From NCBI GenBank assembly GCA_951406725.2, contig OX597831.1, positions 69,068,001 to 69,132,000 on the forward strand: a stretch of DNA of 64,000 bases, in the 5' to 3' direction. A program made the translations under genes and the position numbers. The notes beneath the pieces were generated by a model. It made no database searches. It was given only the letters and a program-made list of their open reading frames with translations, and was not told where the DNA came from. The DNA comes from Octopus vulgaris. Lineage: Eukaryota. Positions 1 through 13,149 of the stretch are shown piece after piece (the first letter of the stretch is position 1; each line of letters opens with the position of its first letter).

Positions 1-67
1 AATAAATAGCACAGAATACTATAAATATACATATGTCATGACCAAATAAATTAAGATAAACATAGAT

Positions 68-460
68 GCAGGAGTGGTTGTGGTAAAAAGATGCTTCCCA
101 ACCATGTGATTCTGGGTTTGGTCCTGCTGCATGGCATCTTGGGCAAGTGTCTTCTACTATAGCCTCAGGTTGACCAGAGTCTTGTGAGTGGATTTGGTAG
201 ACAGAAACTGAAAGAAGCCTGTCATAAATATGTATATATTTATGTATGTGTGTCTTTATGTCTGTGTTTGACCCCCACCATAACTTGACAGTGCGTTTAT
301 GTCACTGTAACTTAGTGGTTTGGCAAAAGAGACCGATAGAATAGATACTTGGTTTACAAAAGAATAACTCCTGTGGTCAATTTGTTTGATTAAAACCCTT
401 GAAGGTGGTGCTCCGCGGTTGCAATCAAAGACTGAGACATAAAAAAATAAAAGAATAAAG
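68..460 (+). mobile_element. tRNA-derived SINE, family A (diverged copy)
   Basis: Matches the other family A copies: head GCAGGAGTGG..., CTTGGGCAAGTGTCTTCTACTATAGCC, GGATTTGGTAGAC-GAAACTGAAAGAAGCC, internal TA/TG tract, 3' GCAAAAGAGACCGATAGAATA, A-rich tail. Confidence 0.85.
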
Positions 461-480
461 TAAACTTGTAGTTATAGGTT

Positions 481-616
481 GTGTGACTGTGTGGTAAGAA
501 GCTTACTTCCTAACCATATGGTTCCAGGTTCAGTCCCACTGCATGGCACTTTAGCCAAGCTTTAGGATGATCAAAGCTTTGTGAGTGGATTTGGTAGATG
601 GAAACTGAAAGAAGCT

Positions 617-664
<48 letters not shown>

Positions 665-777
665 ATACAAACTGGGACAAGAACGCAAAACATTTAGAAG
701 ACGATACAAAAAACACGGAGGGGACATTCGAAGCCTTCAATCTTCAGTCAAGAACCAGATCATCCTCGCAATTTTGG

Positions 778-847
<70 letters not shown>

Positions 848-1050
848 TCATATATGTTTGTGTGTCTTTGTGTCTGTGTTTGCCCTCCACCATCGCTTGA
901 CAACCGATGTTGGTGTGTTTGTGTCCCCATAACTTAGCAGTTCAGCAAAAGAGAGGCTTACAAAGAATAAGTCGATTTGTTCAACTAAAGGCGGTGCTCT
1001 AGTATGGCCACAATCAAACGACTGAAGCAAATAAAACAATAAATTGAAAA
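481..1050 (+). mobile_element. SINE family A copy with a foreign 120-bp insert in its internal (TA)n
   Basis: Same 5' and 3' modules as 7030-7450. The internal (TA)n is split by unrelated sequence at 658-778. Confidence 0.85.
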
Positions 1051-1829
1051 GAATATGAAATACAAACTTATGAAAATAAGGTTAAATACCATAAAGTTGT
1101 TTCAAATAAAGAAATAAATTAAGGAATTTTGAAACACATTTCCTAATCCCAAACATGAGATATATCAAGATAAATTAGCACTAAGCAAATGGAACTTTCT
1201 ACTATATCCATGAGAATTCATTCCATCCTAGATGTATCCTTACTGGATAAGTAAGAAATGTATTGATTAGGACACCAAGATAATCTGTTAAGGAAAACAA
1301 TACTTAATGATGGTGCTTGGCACTATATCAAGACTTTGTGTTGAAGTGGTTATAAGGAGAAAATTATGTATATATATATATATCTGATGATAGGGTCTAC
1401 ATAAAATAATAGTTAGGGAAATAGTGATTGTAGGAATAATGGAATGCAAGACTTCCTGGTTATGGTGGTAATGGTGGTAGTGGTATGGGTGGTGAGATTA
1501 GAAATGCAGGAAGGATAGTTTAGTCATAGTGGTAGTAATAACCACGTCAAGAATTTCACAGATCTGATACTGGTATGATTAGTAATTAGATAAATTATTT
1601 TGAGTTGGCTAATAACTTTAATGATGATGAAAACTTTTTACCTGAATAGCACTAAAGAATTAGTGAATAAAAGGGCAACCTGGTTTTCAGGTATGTCTCA
1701 ATATATACAACTCTAAGCCATACTAGCATGTAACTATAGGATGTAAATGAATTAATATACGTATACATATAAATATGCATATACACATGTGCATTCATAT
1801 ACATACATGCATGCATACATACATAATCT

Positions 1830-2035
1830 ACAGTTACTCAATCTAGATTACAAGTTCAGGTTTATACCTGTAATTATTGGTGCCCTGTGATATGCAACAC
1901 ACTGCCTAAATACCAATCATGAGAAATTAGTCTTCTCAAAACTAGAAAGGAGAAAGCTAATTTGAAGACTACAGATCCAAACCATCACTAGAACTGTAAA
2001 ATTCTGTAAAACTTTCCAGTAGTTTATTGTTTAAG
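1830..2035 (+). mobile_element. R4/Dong-like LINE, 3' end remnant (C-terminus of restriction-like endonuclease)
   Basis: Hand translation gives DYKFRFIPVIIGAL*...RLQIQTITRTVKFCKTF with stops. IPxIxGALG is typical of R4/Dong C-termini. Confidence 0.6.
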
Positions 2036-2117
2036 TATATATGAGCACATCTAGACATGCAACTATATTCATGAGAATACATACATAAACAAAACATACA
2101 AATCTACACAAATATGT

Positions 2118-2325
2118 ACGTACATACATACATACATACATACATACATACATGCATACATACATACATACATACATACATACATACATACATACATACA
2201 TACATACATACATACACACATACATACCCTGTTGATGTTGAAATTCCATTGGAAGAGCCTTGGATCTAGGCAAGAAGTCTTGAAATAAAACTGAATAATG
2301 ACATATATACATATATACATACATG

Positions 2326-2357
<32 letters not shown>

Positions 2358-2367
2358 CATACATGCA

Positions 2368-2401
<34 letters not shown>

Positions 2402-2419
2402 CATACATACATACATACA

Positions 2420-2452
<33 letters not shown>

Positions 2453-2462
2453 GCATGCATGC
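2118..2462. repeat. (TACA)n microsatellite arrays
   Basis: Two long TACA runs separated by about 75 bp of unique sequence. They explain the MYVC ORFs. Confidence 0.95.
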
Positions 2463-2515
2463 ATGTAGGCAGAAAGTATTACAGTTTTAAGCAACACTTT
2501 GCTAATACCTTGTTA

Positions 2516-3648
2516 TACATACATAATGGCTGCCCCCCCCTCGTTATCGAGTATATCCATTGCACGAAGCTTAATTGTTACTTGTGCTGTGATCGAATGT
2601 GATTTTTTTTAGCCCAGCTAAAGATCTACAATGTCTTGTACAGAATTGGCAGCTAAAACTTTTACTGGCAATAGCCGGCTGTAGTTGTAACTGAGATTCA
2701 TGTATCTTTGCATGTCATTTAAATCCTCTCTTCCACATGCCTGACAGCTATGATTAGTATGGTGAATAACACCACCACCAGTAGCCAGGTTGTCACTCAT
2801 CTGTCTCACTTTATGACTACGAAGATGACTCTTGAGTCCAGCTTTACTAAGGCAAGGTCTTGCACAGACACTGCATGTCAGCCTCATAGGAAGACCCTTC
2901 TCATCTAGAAGTGTAACTGCGATGCCTTTCCTGACATCCTTCCTTATTTTCTCATGTGCAACTTGAGATTTCTCAAAAGTAGCTGTCCCCTCATGCACAA
3001 TACTTCTCCACCTGCTACGATCAATAGCTATGCCCTCCCATGTGTCAGGATAGATGCAAGCATCTCTTAAGGAAGCCTTCAGCAAGTCCTTATATCTCTT
3101 TTTTGGTTTATGTGGGGTCATTCTCCTTTAGCTAACTCTCCATAAAATAGTTGTTTTGGCATTCTTGAATCCTTCATCCTGACCAGATGACCACTACATC
3201 AGAGCCTTTGCTTTAACACAAGAGCTTCTATACTTTTGCACCAAGAGCCTCCCAATATTTCAAGATCACTGATGCGGTCCTCCCACTTAATGCCGTAAAT
3301 CCATCTGAGACACATCGGATGGAAACGTTCCAGTTGTTTAAGGTGGTATTGATATGTGACCCACGTCTCGCAGGCATAGAGAAGAGAAGGGAGCACACAT
3401 GCCTTGCACACTTTAATCATTGTCTTTCTGCATATGTCTCGCCGACTCCAGAGGCGCCTTTCTAGCCTTCCAAAAGCATCACTTGCTTTCCTAATTCTGT
3501 ATGGAATTTCATCATCCAAATTGCTATATCTATTAACAGTGCTTCCCAGGTAGACAAACTGATCAACTACATCAAGTCGTTTACCATACACATAGATATA
3601 CTATACTGCTTACCAGGGGCAGGTTGGTACATGACAACTGTTTTTTTC
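2516..3648 (-). mobile_element. RTE-clade LINE, 5'-truncated 3' portion, with stops and frameshifts
   Basis: ORFs 3199-3591 and 2618-3121 contain FVYLGS, RIRKASDAFGRL, LLYACETW, KRYKDLLKASL, DRSRWR and CSVCARPCLSKAGLKSHLRSH. It ends in a (TATG)n tail. Confidence 0.9.
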
Positions 3649-3768
3649 CATACATACATACATAATACATACATACATACATACATACATACATACATAC
3701 ATACATACATACATACATACATACATACATAGACACATACATAGATGCATACATGCATACATACATAC
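3648..3768. repeat. (TACA)n microsatellite at the LINE 5' truncation
   Basis: Direct inspection. Confidence 0.95.
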
Positions 3769-4120
3769 AAGAAAAGTGTTGCTTTTAATAGATGTTTATT
3801 TTAAAACTGTAATACTCTCTGTATAATGTATATTTGTGGGAATCATTAATTTTTGAAATTTTATCATCCATTTACTTTTGTAGACTCTATTCATTAATAT
3901 TTAAACTCATTTATGATTTTCTATACTAACACTTTTCATTTTAAATATAATTGTATCAAAATGCTTGTTGTAATCTTAATAAACATATATTTACTCTTAC
4001 TGCGGAAATATAATCTGTGAATAAATCATCATCTTTATCATCCACAGTTTATAAGATTGTATTCAAGTATGATTCTAAATATTCTTAGTTGAAATCATAG
4101 TGTTTATCTTATATTAGTAA

Positions 4121-4516
4121 CTAGCAATATCACTAGGTTTTGCTTGGGTTTGTTTCGACCCTTTAGAATTGGAATTTTTGAAAAGTAAAAAGTTTGCATT
4201 ATGCAACTTGTTATTCTCTTCAAGTGAACATTTTTCCAGTTGAAATACACCGAAAAATGGTGACACAGCAGTCAAAAATCGTAAAAAAATAGGGATTTTT
4301 ATAGAAAAAAAGCACCTTTTTGATGTAAATAATTTTTGGTGTTAACATGGTCCGATTTGAATTTTATCTTCTACAGAATGAAGAGCAAGCACTCTTCTAT
4401 CATACTCTCAATTTTAGTCAACTTGCGCTGCAGGGTCTCGAAGGAGATAGTGTTAGTTGAAGGCTACCAAACCTGCCACACACAGACACACAAGTTGAGT
4501 TTTATATATATATAGA
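4121..4516 (-). mobile_element. Non-autonomous Helitron
   Basis: The minus strand starts TCTATATATATATAAAACTC and ends ...AAACCCAAGCAAAACCTAGTGATATTGCTAG. These are the same termini as the elements at 61054-63302. Confidence 0.75.
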
Positions 4517-5119
4517 TTTCTCAACGGGGATTTCAGGGGAGAGTTTCAGGCAGTCGCTGGTGATGTATCGTGATGATCAAAATTCCGGCCAGCTAAAATT
4601 TGGTTAAAGTGATTCAAACTGCAGACTCAACGCAAAATGGTCACATTTAATTCAAAGCATTAAAAATGTTATGAAAACAATTGGTATGTGTTTACAAAGT
4701 CCAAACGATTAATACGAAAAAACTCTCCAGGCTACATCCCGAAAATTCATTTCTTTGCCGAATTTATACAATGTTTACGGTGATTCATTTTTATATCTTG
4801 ATTTTTTATTTTTCATGCAATTTACACATGCTTGCACGCATGGTGAACACAGTTCACGTCAAACAGCTGACTGAGTAAAGTTCACTATTCAATGCATGGG
4901 ATAAGGCCTAAACAAACACATTATCGATTTTTACACTTGCGAGATGAATTTTGGAACAGAAATAGCGCAGTTCAATTTTCATTCGCCTAAACTTTAAGTG
5001 ACCCATTTTTGGTGGTTCTACGATTTGTTGGTTAGGAGGAGATGTGCCGGGAAGATAAACACACAGACACACACACAGATAAACACACAGACACACAAGT
5101 TGAGTTTTATATATATAGA
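4517..5119 (-). mobile_element. Second Helitron 5' portion lacking its own 3' end
   Basis: Begins with the same TCTATATATATAAAACTCAACTTGTGTGTCTGTGTG start as 4121-4516 and abuts that element directly. Confidence 0.6.
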
Positions 5120-5123
5120 TATA

Positions 5124-5346
5124 TTCTTTCCTATTCTAGGCACAAGGCCCGAAATTTTGGGGGAGGGGGCCAGTCGATTAGACCCCAGTACGCAACTGGT
5201 ACTTAATTTATCGACCATGAAAAGATGAAAGGCTAAGTTGACCTCAGTGGATCTCAGTGGAATTTGAATTCAGAACATAAAGACAGACGAAATACTGCTA
5301 AGCATTTCACCCAACGTGTTAATGTTTCTGCCGGCTTGCCACCTTT
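5124..5346 (-). mobile_element. SINE family B (Deu/Nin-like central domain)
   Basis: Reverse complement of the B consensus: GAGTTCAAATTCC B-box-like motif, CCTTTCATC...GGTCGATAAATTAAGTACCAG, 3' CCTTGTGCCTAGAATAG. Confidence 0.85.
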
Positions 5347-5598
5347 TATCAGTAATATATTAAAAGAGATATAGTTCTTGATATCCTCTATTTCTGTTTG
5401 TTTCAATTAGAGATCGTTATTATTAATTCTTCCCATTACAATAGGTTGGTGGATTGACTGTATCTTTACATTGTTGGTCAAAATGCCCGACAGTATTTAG
5501 TTTAAGCACCTAACATTATACATTCAAAATCTTGCAGATGTTACTTTTGCCTTTCAAGGATAAAGTCAGATACTATTCAATTAGTAAGGCAAATTTAA

Positions 5599-5820
5599 CC
5601 CTTTAGCATTTAAACTGGCCATATCCGGCCAAAAGTATTCTGCCTTTTTTATGTTCAAACTGACCGTATCTGGTCTCTCACACCAGCCCTATAATGTCGT
5701 TTTAAAAATTAACAGCTACCTCATAAAAATTGCAAAACTACAAGATTAATGCATGATTAGTTCAAAACAATGTGGATAAAAAAGCATTAATTTTGGTAGA
5801 ATAGTGCGAACACTAAAGGG
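5599..5820. mobile_element. piggyBac-like MITE
   Basis: TTAA target duplication at 5595-5598 and 5821-5824. Termini CCCTTTAG...CTAAAGGG. Confidence 0.8.
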
Positions 5821-6321
5821 TTAATCAACCATCCCTTCCCTTAAAATTTTTGGCCTCTGGCCTATGTAAGAAATTGTTTTGTCAACTTTCCTTCAGGAGG
5901 GGTCAGTTACTGGGATGACTTAATCAACTGTAGTGTCCCCAGATTTTATAGCCTTGTGCCTACATTATAAATGATTATTATTGACATTACTTTAACAACA
6001 CCTAGTGATTGTTAAACAGGTTTGTGCTACGCTGTCATTCCACGTGTCTTATTTCTGCTTTCTTCTTAACTCTGTGACCACATATTTTCAAGTCAAGGCA
6101 GTGTGTTTACCTCCTGTCTTTAGTGTGTGTATATTTTGCTTTCACTTTCAATTTGTGATGTATTTTTACTCACAAAGAGAAAAAGCACCTGAAAATTCCT
6201 TCACCAATATGATGTAATACATATACCACTTACAATTGTCAACCATGTTGTTTGTAAATAAAATTATATACAAACATGTCATTTGTCAATATTGTTTCTT
6301 GAAGTTAATGATTTGCGCCTA

Positions 6322-6543
6322 ACTGGCAGACACGTTAGCGTGCCGGGTGAAATGCTTAGCGGTATTTCATCTGTCATTACATTCTGAGTTCAAACTCCGC
6401 CGAGGTTGACTTTGCCTTTCATCCTTTCGGGGTCGATAAATAAAGTACCAGTTTCGTACTGAGGTCGATGTAATCGACTTAATCCCTGTGTCTGTCCTTG
6501 TTTGTCCCCTCTATCTTTAGCCCCTTGTGGGCAATAAAGAAAT
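6322..6543 (+). mobile_element. SINE family B, alternative 3' end
   Basis: B head and TTGCCTTTCATCCTTTCGGGGTCGATAAATAAAGTACCAG core, then a GTCTGTCCTTGTTTGTCCCCTCT...AAAGAAAT tail. Confidence 0.85.
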
Positions 6544-7029
6544 ATATAAATGGTATTTCAAATTTTGTGTAACCATAGGCCAATGAAACAACAATTTATT
6601 GCTGTGGTATACAGCATACAGATTTAGCGTATTTCAGTTATCTTGTTTAATAAATGAGACACAGTGCTGAAGTTGCAAAAGATTTTCTGCATGACTAAAC
6701 ATGGTAGGCTTCCGATAAGGAATTCTTCAGCTGATTAGCTTTCAGGTTGTTAATATTGCATTTTCTATTTAAACAGAATAACGCATTAGCTTGCTGAAGA
6801 GACCAAGGGTTGTATGTCATTCTGGGTTTCCCAATCTCCTCTCAGTACCTACTTGTGTGTCCATTCTTTTGAGCTAATGACTTGAAAGCCTTTCAAGTAT
6901 TTCATTTGTTTACAGAATGCACTGTGCATACATACTGTGTGTCAGATAACAGAAATTAATCAGAGGAAGTCTGTTCATATGTTACAAATAATGACAGGAA
7001 AGTTAAAATTAGAGAAGATACACACGTGA

Positions 7030-7450
7030 GAAGTGACTGTGTGGTAAGTAGCTTGCTAACCAACCACATGGTTTCCGGGTTCAGTCCCACTGCGTGACAT
7101 CTTGGGCAAGTGTCTTATGCGATATCCCCAGGCCGACCACTGCCTTGTGAGTGGATTTGGTAGACGGAAACTGAAAGAAGCCCGTCGTATATATGTATAT
7201 ATATATATATATATATATAAGTGTGTGTGTATATGTTTGTGTGTCTGTGTTTGTCCCCCTAGCATTGCTTGACAACCGATGCTGGTGTGTTTACGTCCCC
7301 GTCACTTAGCGGTTCGGCAAAAGAGACCGATAGAATAAGTACTGGGCTTACAAAGAATAAGTTCCGGGGTCGATTTGCTCGACTAAAGGCGGTGCTCCAG
7401 CATGGCCGCAGTCAAATGACTGAAACAAGTTAAAGAGTAAAAGAGTAAAG
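7030..7450 (+). mobile_element. SINE family A, near full-length
   Basis: A-box-like TGACTGTGTGGT, B-box-like GGGTTCAGTCCC and (AAGAGTA)n tail. Highly similar to 36825-37256 and 46009-46406. Confidence 0.9.
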
Positions 7451-8054
7451 GTGCATGAATCATATATTTGGTAAGAGTATAAAATTAAATTTTGTGAATA
7501 TACATTAGATTTCTTTTACTTCAGTACTTTTTTAAGCATATTTTCTTGCTTTTTTTTTTTCCTGACAACAGAGTTATACTATGTAAAAGTGTTCTTTTAT
7601 TTCTTTATAACCTATTAAGTTTACTATCATATTTGAGAGAGAAGTGTTATGTATTGCCAATTTTGTTATAGTGTTGATAGCCATAGTTCTGTTAAAGTAA
7701 ATCTTTTGATGGAATATATGAGTCTGGTCATTGGAGCTCTGCAATTTCAGCTTAAATAAACTCACACAGCTTTCTTGTCATTAAAACCTTTCTCTATTAG
7801 ATTGTTAATATATTAGTCAATAATCTCATTGCTACCATATTATTTTTTCAAATTCTTCAAGATATTTTTTTTACATCTCATCAAAATTGAAATCTTTATT
7901 TGTAGCCTTCTTACTTAGTCATTCAGATTAGTTTTTGTTTTATGAGGGTTACTATATGATAAGAATAAACTACCTACCCATAAAGATTATTGGGAGCCAA
8001 TTTTGTTTTGTACTTTTCAATAGTAATTTAGTATTAATAGATATAACAAAGTTA

Positions 8055-8265
8055 GCAAGCTAGCAGAATCATTAGCATACCAGGCAAAATGCTTAGTGTC
8101 ATTTCATCTGTCTTTAATTTCTGAGTTGAAATTCTGCTGATGTTGATTTTTTTTTTTTATCATTTTGGGATCGATAAAATGAGTACCAGTTGAGCACTAG
8201 GGATGAGGTAATTGACTTACCCCCAGCTCCGAATCTGCTGGACTTGTGCCAAAATTTGGACCCAA
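8055..8265 (+). mobile_element. SINE family B, diverged
   Basis: GCTAGCAGAATCATTAGCA head, GATCGATAAAATGAGTACCAG core, CTTGTGCCAAAATTTG tail. Confidence 0.75.
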
Positions 8266-8344
8266 TAATTATGATAAATCCTCTTGAGTTATAATTTTAA
8301 TGATTTCCAAAAGAATTTTATTTCATATTTTTATAGGTACACAC

Positions 8345-8495
8345 ATAGCTGTTTGGTAAAAACACTTGCTTCACAACCGCATGGTTCTGGGTTCAGTTCA
8401 CTGAGTGGCACCTTGGGTAAATGTCTTCCACTATAGCCTCAGGCTGAATAAAACCTTGTAAGTGGATTTGGTAGATGGAAACTGAAAGAAGCCTG

Positions 8496-8554
<59 letters not shown>

Positions 8555-8800
8555 TATGTATGAATGAATATATATCCGTGTGTGTCTTTGTGTCTGTGTT
8601 TGTTCCACCATCACCACTTGACAACCGGTACTGGTGTATTTATGTCCCTATAACTTAACAGTTCAGTAAAACAGACTGATAGAATAAGTAACAGGCTTTA
8701 AAAATTAGAATAAGTCCTGGGGTTCATACATTCGACAAAAAGTTCTTCAAGATAGTGCACCAGCATGGCTGCAGTCTAATGATTGAAACAAGTAAAAGAT
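8345..8800 (+). mobile_element. SINE family A, diverged
   Basis: Same modules as the other A copies, with internal (TA)n(GA)n. Confidence 0.8.
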
Positions 8801-9695
8801 AGATAATTAAGCACACAAATTGACAAATTGATAGTATTTGCTCCTATATTGGTATCTCTTACTTCTCTGTTAGTTCACTATTTATTTCTGAGTTCACAAA
8901 TTTAAACTATTGGCTAATATGTTTCTCTAGAAAAACATAACAATAGTTGTAACATGATTTCAAATCAAAATCTTATGCAAATGCATGCAAGAATAAAATA
9001 TTACCATATGAAATTTTTAATGAAAATGAAGAACTGTTGCATAATTATATTTAGAAGTTTGAGCCAGATAGAATTGGTAGAGCGTTGGATTAAATGCATT
9101 GTTGCGTTTACATACTAAGATCAATGAGAAAAAGAAGTGTTAATAATATTACATTTGATTCAATCCAATTGGCTATGTTGCTCTCTTATAATTATGTAGT
9201 CTTGTGTCAATATGTGAGAAAGATCTTGATAGCTAAAAACTTAGCATCTGTGTGTGTATGTATAGTGCCTTGAGAAATTCCAGTATTGAAATTTTTGTAA
9301 TGAGTAAATTAGGTTACCTGAAAACATGACTTGGAAAATGGTGAAAGAGAATATGAAACTAACAAATGCTGAAGTACATGTTATTGATGTGCATTACACT
9401 AACTGAACTTGTAAAGCCGTCATAAAAAACATTTAGCATTTATTTTCTGTAATTAAAATTTAACTTTTAATTTTTGCAATTTTAAAAATATATCTCTACA
9501 GCAGATGATTGTTAAGTGAAGCATTACTGTACTGTATTTATTTGTCGATGATGTGAGTACTTTAAACATAGGATACAAGTCAAATATTTCTATATTTTTC
9601 TATAAATTAGAGAATATAAAAATATATTAATAATTTTTAGTACAAAATGTAGGAGCCACATTATTTTGAGATCATATTATATCTGAGTTAATATA

Positions 9696-9910
9696 TTCTT
9701 TTCTACTCTAGGCACAAGGCCTGAAATTTTAGGGGAGGGGGGCAGTCGATTAGATCAACCCCAATATGCAACTGGTACTTAATTCATCGACCCCAAAAGG
9801 ATGAAAGGCAAAGTCGAACTCAGCTGAAGTTGAACTCAGAACATAAAGACAGACGAAATACCGCTAAGCATTTTGCATGGCATGCTAACGTTTCTACCAG
9901 CTTGCTGCCT
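9696..9910 (-). mobile_element. SINE family B
   Basis: Near-colinear with 5124-5346. Confidence 0.85.
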
Positions 9911-10429
9911 TCTGAGTAAATATATTCCATCAATGATAGCAGTTGTTGCTCTAATGATACTCTTCTCATTCTTTATCTCTACTTTTAACAATCATTATCA
10001 GTCACCTTTAAATATTTGGTGCCACACTTGCTTGTGCAATTCAGTCATTGAGTATGCCATATCACCATAAGATAAGAATGGAAAATCAAATTATTCTTTT
10101 GAACAGAAATGTCTCCCTTCTGAAAGCTAGATTTTAAAAGTAGTTAAAACCTTCTTGTTTTTATTCATAAACTGTTTCTATCACTTCTTCAGCAAACTTT
10201 TGATTTTTTTATAAAATGAAATGAAGACACCTGATAACGATGTCTTAGAAAATATTTTTAGCTTCAACAAAGTATTATTTAGTTTAATCAAAACTCGAGA
10301 GCAATTATTTGGCAGTGACAAAGAGTTCTCATTGCAGAGAATATTTCTCCTCGTTTATATCATTCCCTCAGTTCATAAGCCATCAAAGAAATTTCCTCAA
10401 GAACTACTACTGTTGCTACCACAAACATA

Positions 10430-10697
10430 CATATGTACACATGCATGTGCACACACACACACACACACACATACACACACACACACACATACACACATAT
10501 ATGTGCACACACACATGTATGTGTATATGTGTATGCATGTGTGTGTGTATATATATATATATGTATGCATGTGTGTATGTATGTATGTGTGTATGCATGT
10601 ATGTATGTGTGTATGTATGTATGTATGTATGTATGTATGTATGTATGTGTGTATGCATGTATGTATGTGTGTGTGTATGTATGTATGTATGTATGTA

Positions 10698-10738
<41 letters not shown>
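10430..10738. repeat. Compound (CA)n/(TATG)n/(TG)n microsatellite
   Basis: Direct inspection. Confidence 0.95.
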
Positions 10739-10743
<5 letters not shown>

Positions 10744-11344
10744 GTCATCTGAAGCTATTCAGTGCATTTACATAGCCTCTTCTCTCATTTCAGAAGCAAC
10801 CCAACTTGAAATTAAAAATACAATAGTTTCTTAGAATGAATGCTGTTCAGTTATAGAATTTAAACACTTTTTTCTATAGAGTGTGACTGGAAACATTTTG
10901 TAGAAGTTAGCCACAGTACACAATAACATAAGAATCTCAGATAAAGGAACAGAAATATTTCTTTTTACATATTTATAAATTTTGCACTACAACTTATAGA
11001 GATCTATTTTTGTTGGTACAGGAAATGCGAGGATGAAAAACATTTTAAACTTAACTTTCTGAAAAATTTATTTTTATATCTTTCATTTGACTAGTTCAGT
11101 GTATAGAAAAGGAAAATAATAAAGTAGGAAACTCTGTATTTACTGTGTATTTATTAACATTTCATTCATTCATTGCACTAAGCATAGATAAGTGAAGAAA
11201 CTTTTACATATTTTTCATATGTGTATAATATGCACACCTCACATGCACACACTACATGCACACATACATGCACTCTCGTCACGCACATATTAATTATATA
11301 TACAAGAAAATAAAATCACTATCATATGTATGTGCATGTATCTA

Positions 11345-11391
<47 letters not shown>

Positions 11392-11397
11392 ATAAAT

Positions 11398-11442
<45 letters not shown>

Positions 11443-11650
11443 CAGACAGACAGACAGATAGATAGTTAGTTAGTTAGTTAGATAGATAAATAGATAGATA
11501 GATAAATAGATATATTGATAGATAGATAGATTGATAAATAGATAGATAGATAGGTTGATTGATTGATTGATAGATACATATAGATATGCATATATATAGA
11601 TAGATAAATATATAGATATAAATATATAGATATATATATATATATATTTG
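11345..11650. repeat. Compound (TA)n/(GA)n/(GATA)n microsatellite
   Basis: Direct inspection. Confidence 0.9.
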
Positions 11651-12354
11651 TGTATATAGGATTGTAGTTTTTATTTCCTTCCAAGAAATTTGCTTAAGGT
11701 CCATATATGCTTCCATGCTTAAGGGAATTCAGTCATGTAAAATACAATAAGTATTCATAACAATGGTTTATATAATGGAACAGTGGTAGAAGAATATCTT
11801 TCAGTTTGGAATAAATAGTTCGGTGAATTATTCTCTGCATCTAATGTACTGGAAATTTAGAGCATTGTCAGTTTCACTGAAATGGTTCTGCCTTCCTTGA
11901 ACATACAGTATTTCATTTAGGTTCTGTATTAGACCACATATTGATCATGCATACTTTGGCTGTATTGTGTATGTCCACATGCTGCTTTACCAATATCTGG
12001 TAATGTGGTATTACTGTTGTTCCTAAAAGTGTTACCTAGAAGTTCTGATTACATTTTTTTTCAGTCCAAAAGGCAGACAAAAATAACTCCAAGAAATTTA
12101 GAAAAAATAAATCATAACTAATGTAAATATTATTCAAAGAAGATCATCATTGTTGTCATCCTTATTGTCATCTCATCCCCACCATTAACAGCACCGTCCA
12201 CCACTATCATCCTTACTTTCACTTTCACCCTCTTCCTCCCTTTCTTTTCCTTATCAAACTCCTCCTACTCCTTGTCATCATCCTCAAGAAAGCTGGCATT
12301 GAGATTTTTAGGAACCCTCACCAAATCAGGCTCTGAAAAAAAAAAAAAAAAACT

Positions 12355-12900
12355 AGAGTCAGAAGTTAAGTTAATTTTGGGGCTCAAAAAGCAAAAAGCA
12401 AGGCCATGTAGGGGGACATGGAGTTATGTACAGGGTGATGTTCATGCAAAGAGTTCAGGCCATTTCTGGTCAAGAGAGACTTTGAACCGAGCGGTCATCG
12501 GCATCTTCACTATCTCGTCCGGCAGCTTATTCCATGGATCCGCAACCCGGACGGAGAAAGCCCCTCTCCTTCGATTGAGATGAAATTGTCGCAGATAGAG
12601 CTTTTTGGAGTGACCCCGCAGCCAACGCTCTTGAGCAGGAGTGAAGAACAGCTCTTTTGAGAGGTTACACTTTCTGCTTATGATGTTGTGGGCAAGAATG
12701 AGATCACCACGGCGTCGTCGTTTTTCTAGAGAATAAAGGTCGAGTGTCTTCAGCCTTTCTTCATAAGACAAATGCTTGAGACCAAGAACCATGCAGGTAG
12801 CCAGCTTCTGGACTCTTTCGAGATGATGTATGTCTTTGAGGAGATAAGGAGAAGAGGCTTGAATCCTGTACTCCAATATGGGTCTCACCAGCGTGACATA
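12355..12900 (-). mobile_element. CR1-group LINE 3' fragment
   Basis: ORF 12442-12888: RPILEY...SPYLLKDIHHLERVQKLAT, LSYEERLKTLDLYSLEKRRRRGDLI, RGHSKKL, FSVRVADPWNKLP. Confidence 0.85.
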
Positions 12901-13149
12901 GATTATAAAAATATGATGCTTAAATCAAATTATAACCACAGTTCACTTACTTTATTTGCAGAACATAATAATTACTCTACCTCTCCTTCAATTCCTCTTT
13001 AAAGAATAAATGACTCATTATCTTATGCCTGCTTTCTTTTGCTTACTCTTCTTTCAGTTGTTAATAAATCTTTTTCACAATCCCATACAGTGTATTCCAT
13101 TGCATTTCTAGTAATTCTCTTTAATTGTGTCTTCTTTTAAAGAATTTAG

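Noticed and set aside
2031-2602. ORFs rich in MYVC, YIYI or THTH (also near 10.3, 34.3 and 57.5 kb)
   Set aside because: They are translations of stop-free microsatellites, not genes.
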